NCBI GenBank assembly: GCA_028826165.1
Contig: JAPDFW010000114.1
Span: 620,001 to 684,000 of the forward strand
From: Anaeramoeba ignava BMAN
Taxonomy: Eukaryota; Protista; Anaeramoebae
Reading direction: 5' to 3'
Length of the DNA: 64,000 nucleotides
Positions 1 through 12,970 of this stretch are shown here, in pieces (position 1 is the first letter of the stretch; every line of letters begins with the position of its first letter). A program made the translations under genes and the position numbers. The notes under the pieces are model-generated. The model saw only the letters and a program-made list of their open reading frames with translations, was not told where the DNA came from and did not search any database.

Positions 1-3000
1 TATAAATTTTTTCTTTTAAATTTTCATTTAAAATAATATTTGAAAAATCATTAAGTTTTTTGATAATTTCTGATTTTTTTTCTGATGTAATCGTGATATT
101 ATGATATTTAAAATCTGTTTTTGGATTTTGATTTTGTTCATAACACCATTTCCTTATTTGAAATGTTTTTCCATTTCCTGCAAATTTTGAAGTAAAAACA
201 ATAAGTTGTTTAGAAAATGAATTAATTTCAATAAATTTGCGATATATATCATAATTATTTAATGCTTTAATATATCCCTTTTCAATTAATCCAGAACGAA
301 ATGAATAAATCAAATTTTTAGATAGAAACCCTTCTCCTGAAAAGAAAATAATTAATGGATATTTGGTTTCAAAATTAATTGATTGAATTTTTGAGATGAG
401 GAAACTTTGTTTCTTTTTAGGTAATCTATTTCCATGAACCAATGAAAATAGAAAAGGATTATTATTATTATTTTTTTTAATTTTTTCTTTTTGTTCTTGA
501 GAAAATTCATTTGAATTATAAAGTTCATAAATTTTCAAAAAATTAGAAATATCATCTTTTTTTGTTTGTTTATCACAAATTAGAATTTGTTCTCTTAATG
601 GTAATTGATGAGAAAAAATGAAATAAATTGTAGAAACAATATCATAAACATCATATTCAGTTTTTGAAGAATGAATAAAGATTTTTGGATTTGAAATTTT
701 CCCACTTTTTTGATTGAAACGTTTAATTAACTTATTTTCTATTAATTTATAAGTTACATAATTCAATTCTTCTTTTGGCAAAATGAATATTCTTTGATTA
801 TCAAAATTTTCCTTTAAAATTTGATTTAAATTATCTGCTAAAGTTTGAATTTTAAAATCTTGAATTGTTTTTAATTTGTTTTTGATAATATTAATTGATA
901 AATTTTTTGAATAAAGTTTTAATATTTCTGAAATTTCTTTTTCTTTTTCTTTTTCTTTAAATATTGATTTGAAAAATTGAAATAAAACCAAAATTTGATT
1001 TGTTGAAAAAAAGGATAAATAAAAATATTTCTTAAATATTTCCTTTAAATCTAACTTCCACTTCTTTAAATCTTTTTCAAGTTTTTTTCGATATTTTTCC
1101 AATTTATTTTGATAATTTTCATTTTTTCCAAAAATTATTTTGTTTTCATAATTTTCTTTATAAATAAAATGAAGTTTTGAATAAAGTTTGAATAATAATT
1201 CTTTACATTTTTGAATAATTTCAAAAGAATTTAAAAAGGATTGAATAGCTTCAATAGTATTTTCTTCTTCTTTTTTTTCAATTTGAAATGAATTATTTTG
1301 CAATTCAATATCTTTTAGAATTATAAAAAATTCTTGAAAATTATTAAATGAAAATTCTTTTTTTGAATTTTGGATTTGATTTTGATTTTGATTTTGATTT
1401 TCAATTTCATTTTCAATTTGATTTTGATTTTGATTTTGATTTTGATTTTGATTTTGATTTTGATTTTGATTTTGATTTTCTTTTTGATTTTGATTTTGAT
1501 TTGAATTTTGATTTTGATTTTGAATTTGATTTTCAATTTCATTTTCAATTTCATTTTCAATTTGATTTTGATTTTGATTTTGATTTTGATTTTGATTTGA
1601 ATTTTGATTTTGATTTTGATTTTGATTTTGATTTTCTTTTTGATTTTGATTTGAATTTTGATTTTGATTTTGAATTTCATTTTGATTTTGATTTTTAATT
1701 TCATTTTCATTTTGATTTTGATTTTCAATTTTAATTTCATTTTGATTTTGATTTTGATTTTGATTTTGATTTTGATTTTGATTTTTAATTTTAATTTGGC
1801 AAATAAAAAATTGTTTTTGATTTTTAGATATTTGAAATTTGAATTCTGATTTGTTACAAAATATCTCATTAACACTTTTTTTAGCATTTAATTGAGTTGT
1901 TTCTTTTTTATTTTTTATCAATTCTTCGATTTCTGGAAGAAGATTGTGGATTAATTCAAATGAAATTTCTTTTGGATTTTTTTGAAAATTTTTCTTCTTT
2001 TTGAATTTGTTTGATAAATGATTTAAAAGATGAAGAATCAGGTTCATATAAATAACTTTTTATTATTTCCCTTAAATTGAATAAATATATAATTGCAACT
2101 TTTTGTCTTTCATCTTCTGAAATATCTTGATGAATATTTAAATAAAAAATATCATCATTTTTTTGTTTCTTTAAGAAATTAAATAATTTTTCTTTAAATT
2201 TTTGATTTTGGTAAATATAATTTTGAGATTTGTTTTCAGTAAATTTAATGGGAATTAATTGACTAAATAAATGAAGAGGAAAATTGGAATTAATCATTAT
2301 CTTTTCTTCTAAATTATTTTTTATTTGATTTATTTTAGAAAGTTTTAAATTTCCCCAATCTTGAATAATATTTGTGAAAATATTTTGATAATTTGTAAAA
2401 TTTAAATTTTCACAAAATTTCCAAAAACTGAAAAAATGGAAAATTTGTTCTCTAAGTTCAATATATTTTTCAAATTTTCTTCATTTTCTTCATTTTCTTC
2501 ATTTTTTTGAAGTTGGTAATTTGAGTTAAAGAATTTAATTTCGTTAAGAAGATAATTTTTGTCTTGTTGTATTGGTAAAATAAAATCAATTTCTGAAAAT
2601 TTAATTTCAAGTTTTTTAATTTGTTTGTATAATTTTTTCCATTCCTTTGAACATTCAGAAATATAGTTTTTGATATCTTCAAAATTAATTGTTATTGTGA
2701 GTTTTTGAATTTTTGAATTCCAAATGTTTTGAAAAGTTTCTGATAATTGAAGATTATAAATCCATTCCAATAAATTGAAATCAATTGATAAATTATCAAT
2801 ACTTTGAATAATATCTTTCATTGATTCATTTGATTCTTTAATTTGTTTAATTTTATCAAGAATATTATTATAATTGATTTGAGGAAATTCTTTAAATCTA
2901 TCTAAATAAAAATCTATTAAATTTTCTAATAATTTAAGTTTCCAAGTAATTTTTGTGTAATTTTCTTCATTTTGAGTTAATTTAATTTCTTTTTTTGATA

Positions 3001-4825
3001 ATGAATAAAAAAGTTGTAAATATTCATTTTTATATTTTGTAAATAATTTAAATTCTTTATATGAGCAATTATCAGAAGTAATTTTTTCTTTGAATTCATT
3101 TAATTGTTTGATATATTCTTCCAATAATTTTGTTAGTTTATTGGTTTTTGGTTCAAAATTCTTATTTACTTCTTTGAAATTTGTATACCATTTAAATGTA
3201 AGAGATATTTTTTGGAGTTGGTCTTCACTTTCTTTTATAAAATCTGGAAGTAATTTAATAAACTCAAATTCTTTATTTTTTCGAGATTCAACATTAATTT
3301 TGAAAAATTCTTTCCAAATTTGAAATTGGATATTATCAAATGGAATAAATTGAAGAATATTTTTGGAATCTATAATCAATTTTTTATCAACTTTTTGATA
3401 TGTTTTTTTCAGAAATGAAGTAATTTTGGCTTTGAATTCTTTCGATAAATCATTATATTGTGAAACTGTTTCTTGATTTGAAAAGTTATTGAGATTAACA
3501 AAATAATTTGATGTTGAAAAATTATTTAAATTTGAGAAATCTTCGTTTGATTGGATAAATCTTTGAATTGAAAAGTTGTTGAGAAATACATTATCCAAAT
3601 TTGGTAAATTTTCATTAGATTTGTTTTGTTTATTAATTTGTGTAAAATTTTTATTAAATGAGAACCAGAATTTAATAAAATTTGAAATGTTTGAAAATTG
3701 AGTTTTTGCAAAAATTTTGAAAACATGATCAGGAAATAAAGATTTGAAAAAATTGTTCATTGTTTCTTTGTAAGAATCAATACCAGAAACTAATTTAATA
3801 ATGAATTCCTCCCAAATTTGATTAAATTCATAATTTTGACCAAAAATGGAAATGAATAAATTTTGATTGATATATTTGTGTAAATTTTGGTGAGATAAAG
3901 CAATATTTAATAAAATAATAATTTGATGAAATAATTCTTCAGAAGATTTGAAAGTAAATTCTTGTTGAATTATTAAATTAAGTTTTTTAAAAATCAATAA
4001 ATAAGGAATTAATTTGATATTTTCTTTTTCATTCATTTTAGAAGTTGAAATTTGATTAATTGAATTTTTAAAGCTTTCTTGAAAATTTTGATTTTCTTGA
4101 GATTTTGTATTGAATAAATCAAATATAATCATTGTTATTTCCTTAATTATTTCTAAATTATTTTCTTGAGGAAACAAAAGCGATTGAGCAATTTCAGGAT
4201 TGAATGTGTAATGTAACAAACTTAATAACAAAACTCTCTGTTCAGGTGTATTTTCAAGTTGAGAATTTGATTCTAACCATTTTTGTAATTCATCATTTTT
4301 TGGATATTTTTTTTGAAATAAAGATAAAATTATTTGCCAAGTAAATAAAATATCTTTTTTTTGAATTGGATTTTTTGGGAAAATTATTGATTCCATAAAA
4401 TTTATAATAACTGAATCTCTAATATTCTTGCTTATTATTTTATTTGAATCATTTTTTTGAGGTTTTTCTTTAAATCGGAAAAATTCAAAAATGATATTTT
4501 TTTGATCATTTCCAATTATTATTTGATATTGAAATGATTTTATTTTTTTTTCTTTTCCATTTTTAATTTTGAAATGGAAAATGATTTTTTTTTCTAATTC
4601 TTTTTCTAATTCTTTTTCTTTTTCTAATTCTTGAAAATTTATTGGGAATTGTAAAAACCAAATTTCTTTTGTTTTTTCACTTTGTTGAATTAATTTTTCA
4701 AATTTTTTATTTTTTGGATTTGAAAAAATTATTGAAACTTTTGTTTTTTGATCATTTTTAATAAGATTTTTTGGTATTGATAACCAAATCATAATTATTT
4801 TTAAATTTGAATTAATTTCTTGCAT
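1..4825 (-). CDS. RNF213/mysterin-like giant AAA+ ATPase, N-terminal part (runs off the left edge); broken by apparent homopolymer frameshifts near 2402, 1975 and in the NQ tract
   Basis: The ORFs at 2402-4825 and 1956-2297 and the open frame at 1-1370 join with single-base indels. Manual translation of 1-700 gives QLPLREQILICDKQTKKDDISNFL...PLFSLVHGNRL...LIVFTSKFAGNGKTFQI. From memory this resembles RNF213 just before and including its first Walker A motif (LPTYDEVLLCT...; VTSERAGVGKSLYV). Confidence 0.65.
1370..1797 (-). repeat. (AATCAA)n hexamer tract encoding Asn-Gln repeats inside the RNF213-like gene
   Basis: Tandem ATTTTG on the + strand with coding sequence on both sides. Confidence 0.9.
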
Positions 4826-5171
4826 TTTTCTTTAAAAAAGTAAATGAAAAAAAAAAATAAAAAGCAAATAAAAATTGCTAAACCAAAAATAAAAAAAAAG
4901 TAATGAAAAAAAATGAAAAAAAAAACAAGAAAAAAAAGATTTAATTTGATATTTTTTTTGCTTTTTTTCTTTATTCCACTTCATCGTTAATTTCTTTCTT
5001 TTTCTTTAATTAATTTTACACTTTCGTAATTCTACAAAATGGACAGTTTTTTAGATCTTATATTTAATTTTAATAAATTTAAGAATGGATTTAATTCAAA
5101 ATTACCATCTTTTCTTCATTTGAATTTTTTATTAAATTTAAGAATAGATTTAATAGATTTAATAGATTTAA

Positions 5172-5452
5172 GTTAATTGTCAAATTGAATGATCAACTTT
5201 ATTTGAATTTTTTAATTAATTTTTTTTTATTCAATTTAATAATAGATTTAATAGATTTAATAAATTTAAGTTAATTGTCAAATTGAATGATCAATTTCAT
5301 TTGAATTTTTTATTAATTTTTTATTTTTTGGATTGAACCAATTTCTTTCAAAATAAAGATCAATTTCCTTTCCTCTTTCATTTTTTAAATTATTTTAATT
5401 CATACCCCAAAATTTTTTTGGAATTGAGTTAATTGTCAAATTGAATGATCAA
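5172..5452. repeat. Three exact copies of the 25-mer GTTAATTGTCAAATTGAATGATCAA upstream of the RNF213-like gene
   Basis: Copies at 5172-5196, 5270-5294 and 5428-5452. Confidence 0.9.
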
Positions 5453-5469
5453 CTTTATTAATTTTTTAT

Positions 5470-6926
5470 TAATTTTAATTTTGGATTTTGATTTTAATTT
5501 TGATTTTGATTTTGATTTTGATTTTGATTTTGATTTTGGTTTTAATTTTGATTTTGATTTTGATTTTGATTTATATTTTGATTTTGATTTGGATTTTGGT
5601 TTTGATTTTGATTTTGATTTTAATTTTGATTTTGATTTTGGATTTTGGTTTTGATTTTAATTTTGATTTTGATTTTGATTTTGATTTTGATTTTGATTTT
5701 AATTTTAATTTTGATTTTAATTTTGATTTTGATTTTGATTTTGATTTATATTTTGATTTTGATTTATATTTTGATTTTGATTTTGATTTTGATTTTAATT
5801 TTGATTTTGATTTTGATTTTAATTTTAATTTATATTTTGATTTTGATTTTGATTTTGATTTTAATTTTGATTTTGATTTTGATTTTAATTTTGATTTTGA
5901 TTTTGATTTTGATTTTAATTTTGATTTTGATTTTGGATTTTGGTTTTGATTTTGATTTTCATTTTGATTTTGATTTTGATTTTGATTTGATTTTGATTTT
6001 GATTTGATTTTGATTTTCATCTTGTTTTTGATTTTGATTTTGGTTTTGATTTTGATTTTGATTTTGATTTTAATTTTGATTTTGATTTTGATTTTGATTT
6101 TGATTTTGATTTTAATTTTGATTTTGATTTTGATTTTGATTTTAATTTTGATTTTGATTTTAATTTTAATTTATATTTTAATTTTAATTTTGTTTTTGTT
6201 TTTGTTTTTAATTTTAATTTTGATTTTGATTTTGGTTTTAATTTTGATTTTGATTTTGATTTTGATTTTGATTTTGATTTTAATTTTGATTTTAATTTTG
6301 ATTTTAATTTTGATTTTGATTTTAATTTTAATTTTGATTTTGATTTTGATTTTGATTTTAATTTTGATTTTGATTTTGATTTTGATTTTGATTTTGATTT
6401 TGATTTTGATTTTAATTTTGATTTTAATTTTAATTTTAATTTTAATTTTAATTTTGATTTTGATTTTGATTTTGATTTTGATTTTGATTTTGATTTTAAT
6501 TTTGATTTTGATTTTGATTTTGATTTTGATTTTGATTTTGATTTTGGTTTTGATTTTGATTTTGGTTTTGATTTTGATTTTGATTTTGATTTTGATTTTG
6601 ATTTTGATTTTAATTTTAATTTTGATTTTAATTTTGATTTTAATTTTAATTTTGATTTTGTTTTTGTTTTTGATTTTGATTTTGATTTTGATTTTGATTT
6701 TGATTTAGATTTTAATTTTGATTTTAATTTTAATTTTAATTTTGATTTTGATTTTGATTTTGATTTTGATTTTGATTTTGATTTTAATTTTGATTTTAAT
6801 TTTGATTTTAATTTTGATTTTGATTTTGATTTTGGTTTTGATTTTGATTTTGGTTTTGATTTTAATTTTGATTTTAATTTTGATTTTAATTTTGATTTTA
6901 ATTTCATTTTCTAATTGATTTTGATT
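5470..6926. repeat. Intergenic hexamer satellite (ATTTTG/ATTTTA)n, ~1.45 kb
   Basis: Direct tandem repeat; it accounts for the ILIL/DFDF/KSKS ORFs. Confidence 0.95.
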
Positions 6927-8939
6927 TTAATCTTGTTGTGGAATAGAAAGTTGAACAAAACGAACAGGGTTTTCCAAAATTGGTGTAAAATAAGCATTTT
7001 GTGATGAGGAATCAACAGCCCAAATTGTAATCTGAGTATAATCACCAATACTAGTATTGTAGAGAAATTTATTTGAGGTAGTATCAATTTGGATAACAGC
7101 AGCTTCATAATCTCCATCAGAAGAATCATAAAAATTTGTGAAGAAAAAGGCATCATTACGAGTTGGATCAACAAATGAAGCTGTAAATTCTTGAACACCA
7201 CTAATTTCATTGCAATCTATGACAGACATTGTTGTCAAATCAACTCTACAAGTTTGGCTCCATTGGGAATCCTCTTTGGAATTTGAGTCTGAAACTTCGT
7301 TGCCAAAATACATGTATTGATGTTGTGAATCAAGAGCCATTGTGTCGATGTAGTAATCAGATAAGTCAATAGAACCTGCATTAGTGAAGTCTGATAACTG
7401 AATTTTGGTTATTCCAGTATAAGGATCATTTCCTAATCTTGAATATAGATATCCATGCAAACTATCAATGAACATCTTCCAAGTTGCAATAAATCCTAAA
7501 TTCAAAATTCCCAACATTTCAAGTCCTGGTGCACTAAATTTGTAAATTGATACATTTCCAGATTCCGAGAAGGAAACGTAAATGATGTTATTTTTTGTAT
7601 CAAAACTTGTTCCTGTTGTTGAGTTATCTTCTCCAACTCCATAAATTTGTTTTACTTCCGCGATTGAAAAGTCTGATAATCGAACCTTTGTAATCACCAA
7701 TCCGTGTCGAACAAAGAAATAAGCAAATCCATTTTGGGAATCCATTTCTCCATAGTAAAGGAGACCATATTGGTTGTCTGTACTCAGATAATCAATCAAT
7801 TCAAAGGATGTGAGATCAATTTTGGCAATTTCACCATAATTTTCAAATCCAACATAACCCATATTCGCCTCTTCATCAACTAAGATGAACTGTGGGTAGT
7901 CATAATTCTCAATCTCCTCCTGTTCTACTGTTTTGAAAGTTTTTAGATCTACTTCAGCTATTCTGGAATTTTGAAACGCAATAAAAGAGCTGTTTTTCTG
8001 CAAATCAATAGACATGGCATGAGGAGAAAGTGATCCGAATTGCAAAGAATCTATTCTTGTGAAAGTAGACAGATCAATTCTGACAAGAGAGCTTGCAGAT
8101 ATAAAGTACGCTAAATGATTTTCTGGATCTATTCCAGCTCCATAGGCAGAATTCTCGTTATTTGGGCAAGTGATTGAGCCTTCTCTTGTGAACTGTGCTA
8201 GATTCACCTTCACAATTTTCATTGGAGATGTTTCAGTTCCCACATACATATATCCTGATGAAGAATCAATAACACCACAAATGGGGAATGTTTCGCTCGA
8301 AGCAAGAGAAAGAGATCCAACTTCACTAAAAGTAGACAAATCAATCTTGTGGATTTTGGGAAGACTTGAATAAGTGAAAACATAAAGAAAAGCGTTTGGA
8401 ACATCAATTACTGATCCCAAACGATTTGAATCGGATATTGCTAATGTTGATTCCTGAGTGAAGCTATTCAAATCAATTTTGGCAACAGCAGATGATGAGG
8501 TTCCTGAAACGAAATATGCTTTCTGGTTTTGGGTATCGATTTGTGCTGAGTAGAGATTAGTAATTGTTTGTGATAACGAGATATTCTTGACAACTTCGAA
8601 TGTTTCCATATTCACTTTGACAATTTGTGCTGGATTTGTATCTGTTCCAAAATAAGCAACTTTTTTCTCTTTATCAATTATTCCACAAGACACTTTTTCA
8701 ACTCCTAGATCAAGAGTATTGATAAATCCAAATGTGTTAATATCGAATTTGAACAAATTAGAATTTGCATATTCTTGGTAATCAACAAAATAGAAAGCTT
8801 TTTCATTTTCATCAACTAAAGCAGAATAAGCATCAGACATACCAGCTGGGAAGTTGAAAGAGTTTTTCACAAAAACTTGACAATTAATTGAGAAAAAAAC
8901 AAAGCAAATCAACAATAAGAAAAAGGGGATTTTTCTCAT
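6927..8939 (-). CDS. Secreted beta-propeller repeat protein (670 aa, intronless)
   Basis: Signal peptide MRKIPFFLLLICFVFFSINC. Repeats of ~42-45 aa with the pattern ID....YFGT...P..IVKIDL.TF (e.g. IDKEKKVAYFGTDTNPAQIVKVN, IDSSSGYMYVGTETSPMKIVKVN). Confidence 0.8.
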   Translation of the reverse strand: MRKIPFFLLLICFVFFSINCQVFVKNSFNFPAGMSDAYSALVDENEKAFYFVDYQEYANSNLFKFDINTFGFINTLDLGVEKVSCGIIDKEKKVAYFGTDTNPAQIVKVNMETFEVVKNISLSQTITNLYSAQIDTQNQKAYFVSGTSSSAVAKIDLNSFTQESTLAISDSNRLGSVIDVPNAFLYVFTYSSLPKIHKIDLSTFSEVGSLSLASSETFPICGVIDSSSGYMYVGTETSPMKIVKVNLAQFTREGSITCPNNENSAYGAGIDPENHLAYFISASSLVRIDLSTFTRIDSLQFGSLSPHAMSIDLQKNSSFIAFQNSRIAEVDLKTFKTVEQEEIENYDYPQFILVDEEANMGYVGFENYGEIAKIDLTSFELIDYLSTDNQYGLLYYGEMDSQNGFAYFFVRHGLVITKVRLSDFSIAEVKQIYGVGEDNSTTGTSFDTKNNIIYVSFSESGNVSIYKFSAPGLEMLGILNLGFIATWKMFIDSLHGYLYSRLGNDPYTGITKIQLSDFTNAGSIDLSDYYIDTMALDSQHQYMYFGNEVSDSNSKEDSQWSQTCRVDLTTMSVIDCNEISGVQEFTASFVDPTRNDAFFFTNFYDSSDGDYEAAVIQIDTTSNKFLYNTSIGDYTQITIWAVDSSSQNAYFTPILENPVRFVQLSIPQQD

Positions 8940-9160
8940 TTTTGCTTTTTTTTTTTTTTTAATTAATTTTTTTAAAAAAAGATAATTAAGTAAAAAGCAA
9001 AAAATTAAAAATAAAATTAAAAATAAAATTAAAAATAATTACAAATCCAAATTATAAATTCAAATTAAAAAGATGAAACCAATCTTTCCTAAATAGAAAA
9101 GAGAAAAAATGAAATCTATTTATTTATTTAAATTTTTGCTTTTTTTTTTTGCTTTTTTTT

Positions 9161-10772
9161 TTAAAATTTCTCTTCTTTATCATTTTTGTTAAATTCTTCT
9201 TTAATTATAATCGTTCCTCCATCATTAACACCAAAAAAACTTAATTTTCGAAAATCATTTGATAGATCAACTTCAAATAATTTTTCATTTTCTGATGATT
9301 TATAACTTATCGAATAATTTTCCATTTTGTTTAATTTAAAGAGTTGTTTTAAAAGAATACGCAATCGACTAATTTGAAGAGATAAGGGAAGTTTCTTTTG
9401 GATTTGTTTTTGATTATAAATGATATTCAAAGCTACCATTGTATTTGATTTGTTTTCTTTTATTTGCGATGTATTTTTTTGGTTTTCTCCGATTGAAGAC
9501 AAGAATTTATTTTGATAAGCGCCATGAATCTCAACAAGATGTTCAAAGTTTGGAAATTTTTCTTTGCATCCCATTAATAGAAGTCTTTCTGAATCAGTTC
9601 TTTCCTTTTTCAAAATGACAGAATTATTGAGTTTCTGGAGGTTGTTATTTGTTCCTATTGCGATATTTCTTAGTGTTATTTTCTCCGTGAATTTTTCAGA
9701 GAAATTAATAGGATTTCCTTGAATATTCAAATCTGCTAATTGGGGGAATTTTGCAGTTTCATATACACTTGAAATGCTTGATATTTTATTATTCTCTAGA
9801 GAAAGACAAACAAGATTTTCAAAAGCGATATATTGCTGTTTGGAGTTGCTATTATTGATTTGACTTTGGATACACAATTTCCTCCAAATAATTATTGTTG
9901 ATTATCAGTATTTTCAATGAAGGAAGTTTTGCTAATTCCTGAATGAACCGCCACTCCTTAATGTAATTATTTGAAATATCCAATTCCAAAATGTTTTGAA
10001 ATGAATTGATGGAATCTGGTATTTGGATTGATGCAATTTCGTTATTGCAAAGATAAACTATCTGAAGAAACGGTAGCATTGATGACAATCTAGAGAATTC
10101 TTCCCAATTAACATTTGTTTGATCCAAGGTGATTGATTGCAAAGAGAAAGTTTGATTGATTTGGATCGAATCAAAAGGCTCCATTTTATTTGATTTTAGA
10201 TTAAGAGACTCCAATTTTGGGAAGTGACTAAGAATTTCAGCAATTGTCGACCATTTCCATAATAAATTATAACTGATATCCAATTCCACTAGATTTGGAA
10301 AAAGATCTTGAATCATCAAATTTGAAGGAAAATCAAGATCAACCACAAAAGAAATTGCCATTCTTGATAAACAAGTGCTAATAATATCCTTAAAAGTCAA
10401 ACGAAATTGGTCTTTGATGTCTCCTTTTCCCATAAATGATAAAGGAACCAGAATTTCTCCTATTTGAACGTTGTTTTTTTGGATTTCGTTTGATTTTTCA
10501 CCAAATGGATCTGAATATCTTTTTTTTAAAGCGGAAATTAAAGAGATTCCTAAAAAAGCCTTTTTTTTTCTGATAAAAGATCCAGCACCTGGTTTATTTG
10601 TTGTGAATATTTTTTTGGATTGAAATTCTCCAGAATGTTTTCCTCTTTCTTGCTTGTCATATTCAATCCCTATCCATTTTTCAAGTTCTTTATTTTTTCC
10701 TGTTGGAAGTTTTCCTTTCCATTTTATTGTTGCAAATTCATTATCACAAATTAATCTTTGACCAATTTCCAT
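9161..10772 (-). CDS. TBCE: Tubulin-specific chaperone E (CAP-Gly + LRR + UBL); one-base frameshift near 9865
   Basis: CAP-Gly motif WIGIEYDKQERGKHSG, LRRs (LVELDISYNLL, LSLENNKI, LNIQGNP), and a C-terminal ubiquitin-like domain (KKLPLSLQISRL...LSNDFRKLSFFGVNDGGTI). Confidence 0.93.
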
Positions 10773-10824
10773 TTTAAAACAAAAAAATGAAAGAAAAAAA
10801 ATGAAAAAATTATTTTCATTTTTT

Positions 10825-11135
10825 CAAAACAAATTTAAAATAAATTCAAAACAAATTTAAATCAAATTCAAAACATTTAAAATAAATTCAAAACAAATTT
10901 AAAATAAATTTAAAATAAATTCAAATCAAATTTAAAATAAATTTAAAATAAATTCAAAACAAATTCAAATCAAATTCAAATCAAATTCAAAACAAATTTA
11001 AATCAAATTCAAATCAAATTTAAAATAAATTCAAATCAAATTCAAAACAAATTTAAAATAAATTCAAATCAAATTCAAAACAAATTTAAAATAAATTCAA
11101 AACAAATTTAAATCAAATTCAAAATAAATTCAAAT
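10825..11135. repeat. 12-nt tandem array (AAAACAAATTTA / AAATCAAATTCA variants) between the divergent TBCE and AAR2 genes
   Basis: Direct tandem repeat. Confidence 0.9.
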
Positions 11136-11146
11136 TTTATTTTATC

Positions 11147-12897
11147 ATGCAAAAATTAGACCAACAAAAAGCATTTCAAATAAATCAAAATGGAATTTCT
11201 TTATTAATATTAAATTCTCCATCTAATTTACAATTTGGAGTTGATTATAAATCATTTCAAACAGGTCCAAATTTCAAAGGAATGAAAATGATTCCTCCAG
11301 GATTACATTTTGTTTTTTATAGGGTTCATCCATTTATTGTTCATAGTTTCTTTTTTAATGGAAAACCTGGAGATGTTTTTGTTTATCAATGGGATAATCA
11401 AAAAGAATTATTTTTTGAATTTCAAGATTTAGAACAAAAAAATCGTTTTATTAATGGTGTAAAAAATTTTGATTTTGATTCTAATTTAGCTCCTTATCCT
11501 TTAGAATTTTATTCAAAATGGAAAAAATTATCTCAATTCATTTCACTCAAATCATTGAAACCATTTCTTGATTATGAAAATGAAAATCAATTAGAAAATG
11601 AAAATGAAAATACAAATCAAAATCAAAATCAAAATCAAAATCAAAATCAAAATCAAAATAAAAATCAAAATGAAAATCAAAATCAAAATGAAAATCAAAA
11701 TCAAAATCAAATCCAATGAAAATCAAAATCAAAATGAAAATGAAAATGAAAATGAAAATGAAAATATAAATCAAAATGAAAATCAAAATCAATTAGAAAA
11801 TGAAAATCAAAATCAAAATAAAAATCAAAATCAAAATCAAAATCAAAATCAAAATCAAAATCAAAATCAAAATCAAAATCAAAATCAAAATCAAAATCAA
11901 AATCAAAATCAAAATCAAAATCAAAATCAAAATCAAAATCAAAATCAAAATCAAAATCAAAATCAAAATCAAAATCAAAATTTAAATCAAAATCAAAATC
12001 AAAATAAAAATATAAATGAAAATCAAAATCAAAATCAAAATCAAAATCAATTAGAAAATCAAAATCAATTAGAAAATCAAAATCAAAATCAAAATCAAAA
12101 TCAAAATCAAAATGAAAATCAAAATCAAAATCAAAATCAAAATCAAAATCAAAATCAAAATGAAAATCAAAATCAAAATAAAAATCAAAATAAAAAAAAA
12201 TCAAAATCAAAATGAAAATGAAAATCAAAATCAATTAGAAAATGAAAATCAAAATCAAAATCAAAATCAAAATCAAAATCAAAATCAAAATGAAAATGAA
12301 AATCAAAATAAAAATGAAAAACTACCTTTCATTAAAATCCCAAAAATTATTCTTCCTCAAAATATTACACAAAAAGAAATTACACATTTTGGAATGGATA
12401 AATCTTACACATTAGAACAATTTATTAAAAAAAATTTCTCTTCAAATGAAAATGAATTTCTAGCACATTTTCAAATTAGTTTCATTTATTTTCTATTAGG
12501 CGAGAAATTTCAAGCTTTAGAACAATGGAAATCTTGTATTGAATTAATTTGTTCATGTGAAGAAATTGTTACAAAAAAATGGAAATTTTTCTCAAATTTT
12601 TTATCTATCCTTAAATTTCAACTTAAACATTATCCAGAAGATTCACTTTTTCAAGAAGGAAATGATCCAAATAATTTCATTTGGTTTCATCTAAATCAAT
12701 TCTTTGAAATGAATTCTGATTGTTTAGAAATTTCTCCAAAAATCAAATCTTTAAAAAAATTTTTAAATCAAAAATATCATTGGAATTTTAATATTTCAGA
12801 ATTTTCTATTGAAACATCTGAATTTGCACCAGTTTTAGTTTATCTAACAAAAGAGCAAAGAAAAGAATTAAATATTGATTCTGATGATTATGATTAA
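11147..12897 (+). CDS. AAR2: AAR2, U5 snRNP assembly factor, with a ~740-nt NQ/ENE repeat insertion (frameshifts inside the repeat)
   Basis: FGVDYKSFQTGPNFKGMKMIPPGLHFVFY and FDSNLAPYP in the N-terminal domain; THFGMDKSYTL, FQISFIYFLLG..ALEQWK..IELICSC in the C-terminal domain. Confidence 0.93.
11575..12315 (+). repeat. (AATCAA)n / (AATGAA)n tract within AAR2
   Basis: Direct tandem repeat. No GT-AG intron boundaries are visible, so it is probably coding. Confidence 0.85.
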
Positions 12898-12970
12898 AAA
12901 AAAATCAAAATTATTTTCATTTTTTTTTTCATTTTTCTTTTTTCATTTTTCTTTTTTTTCATTTATTTTT

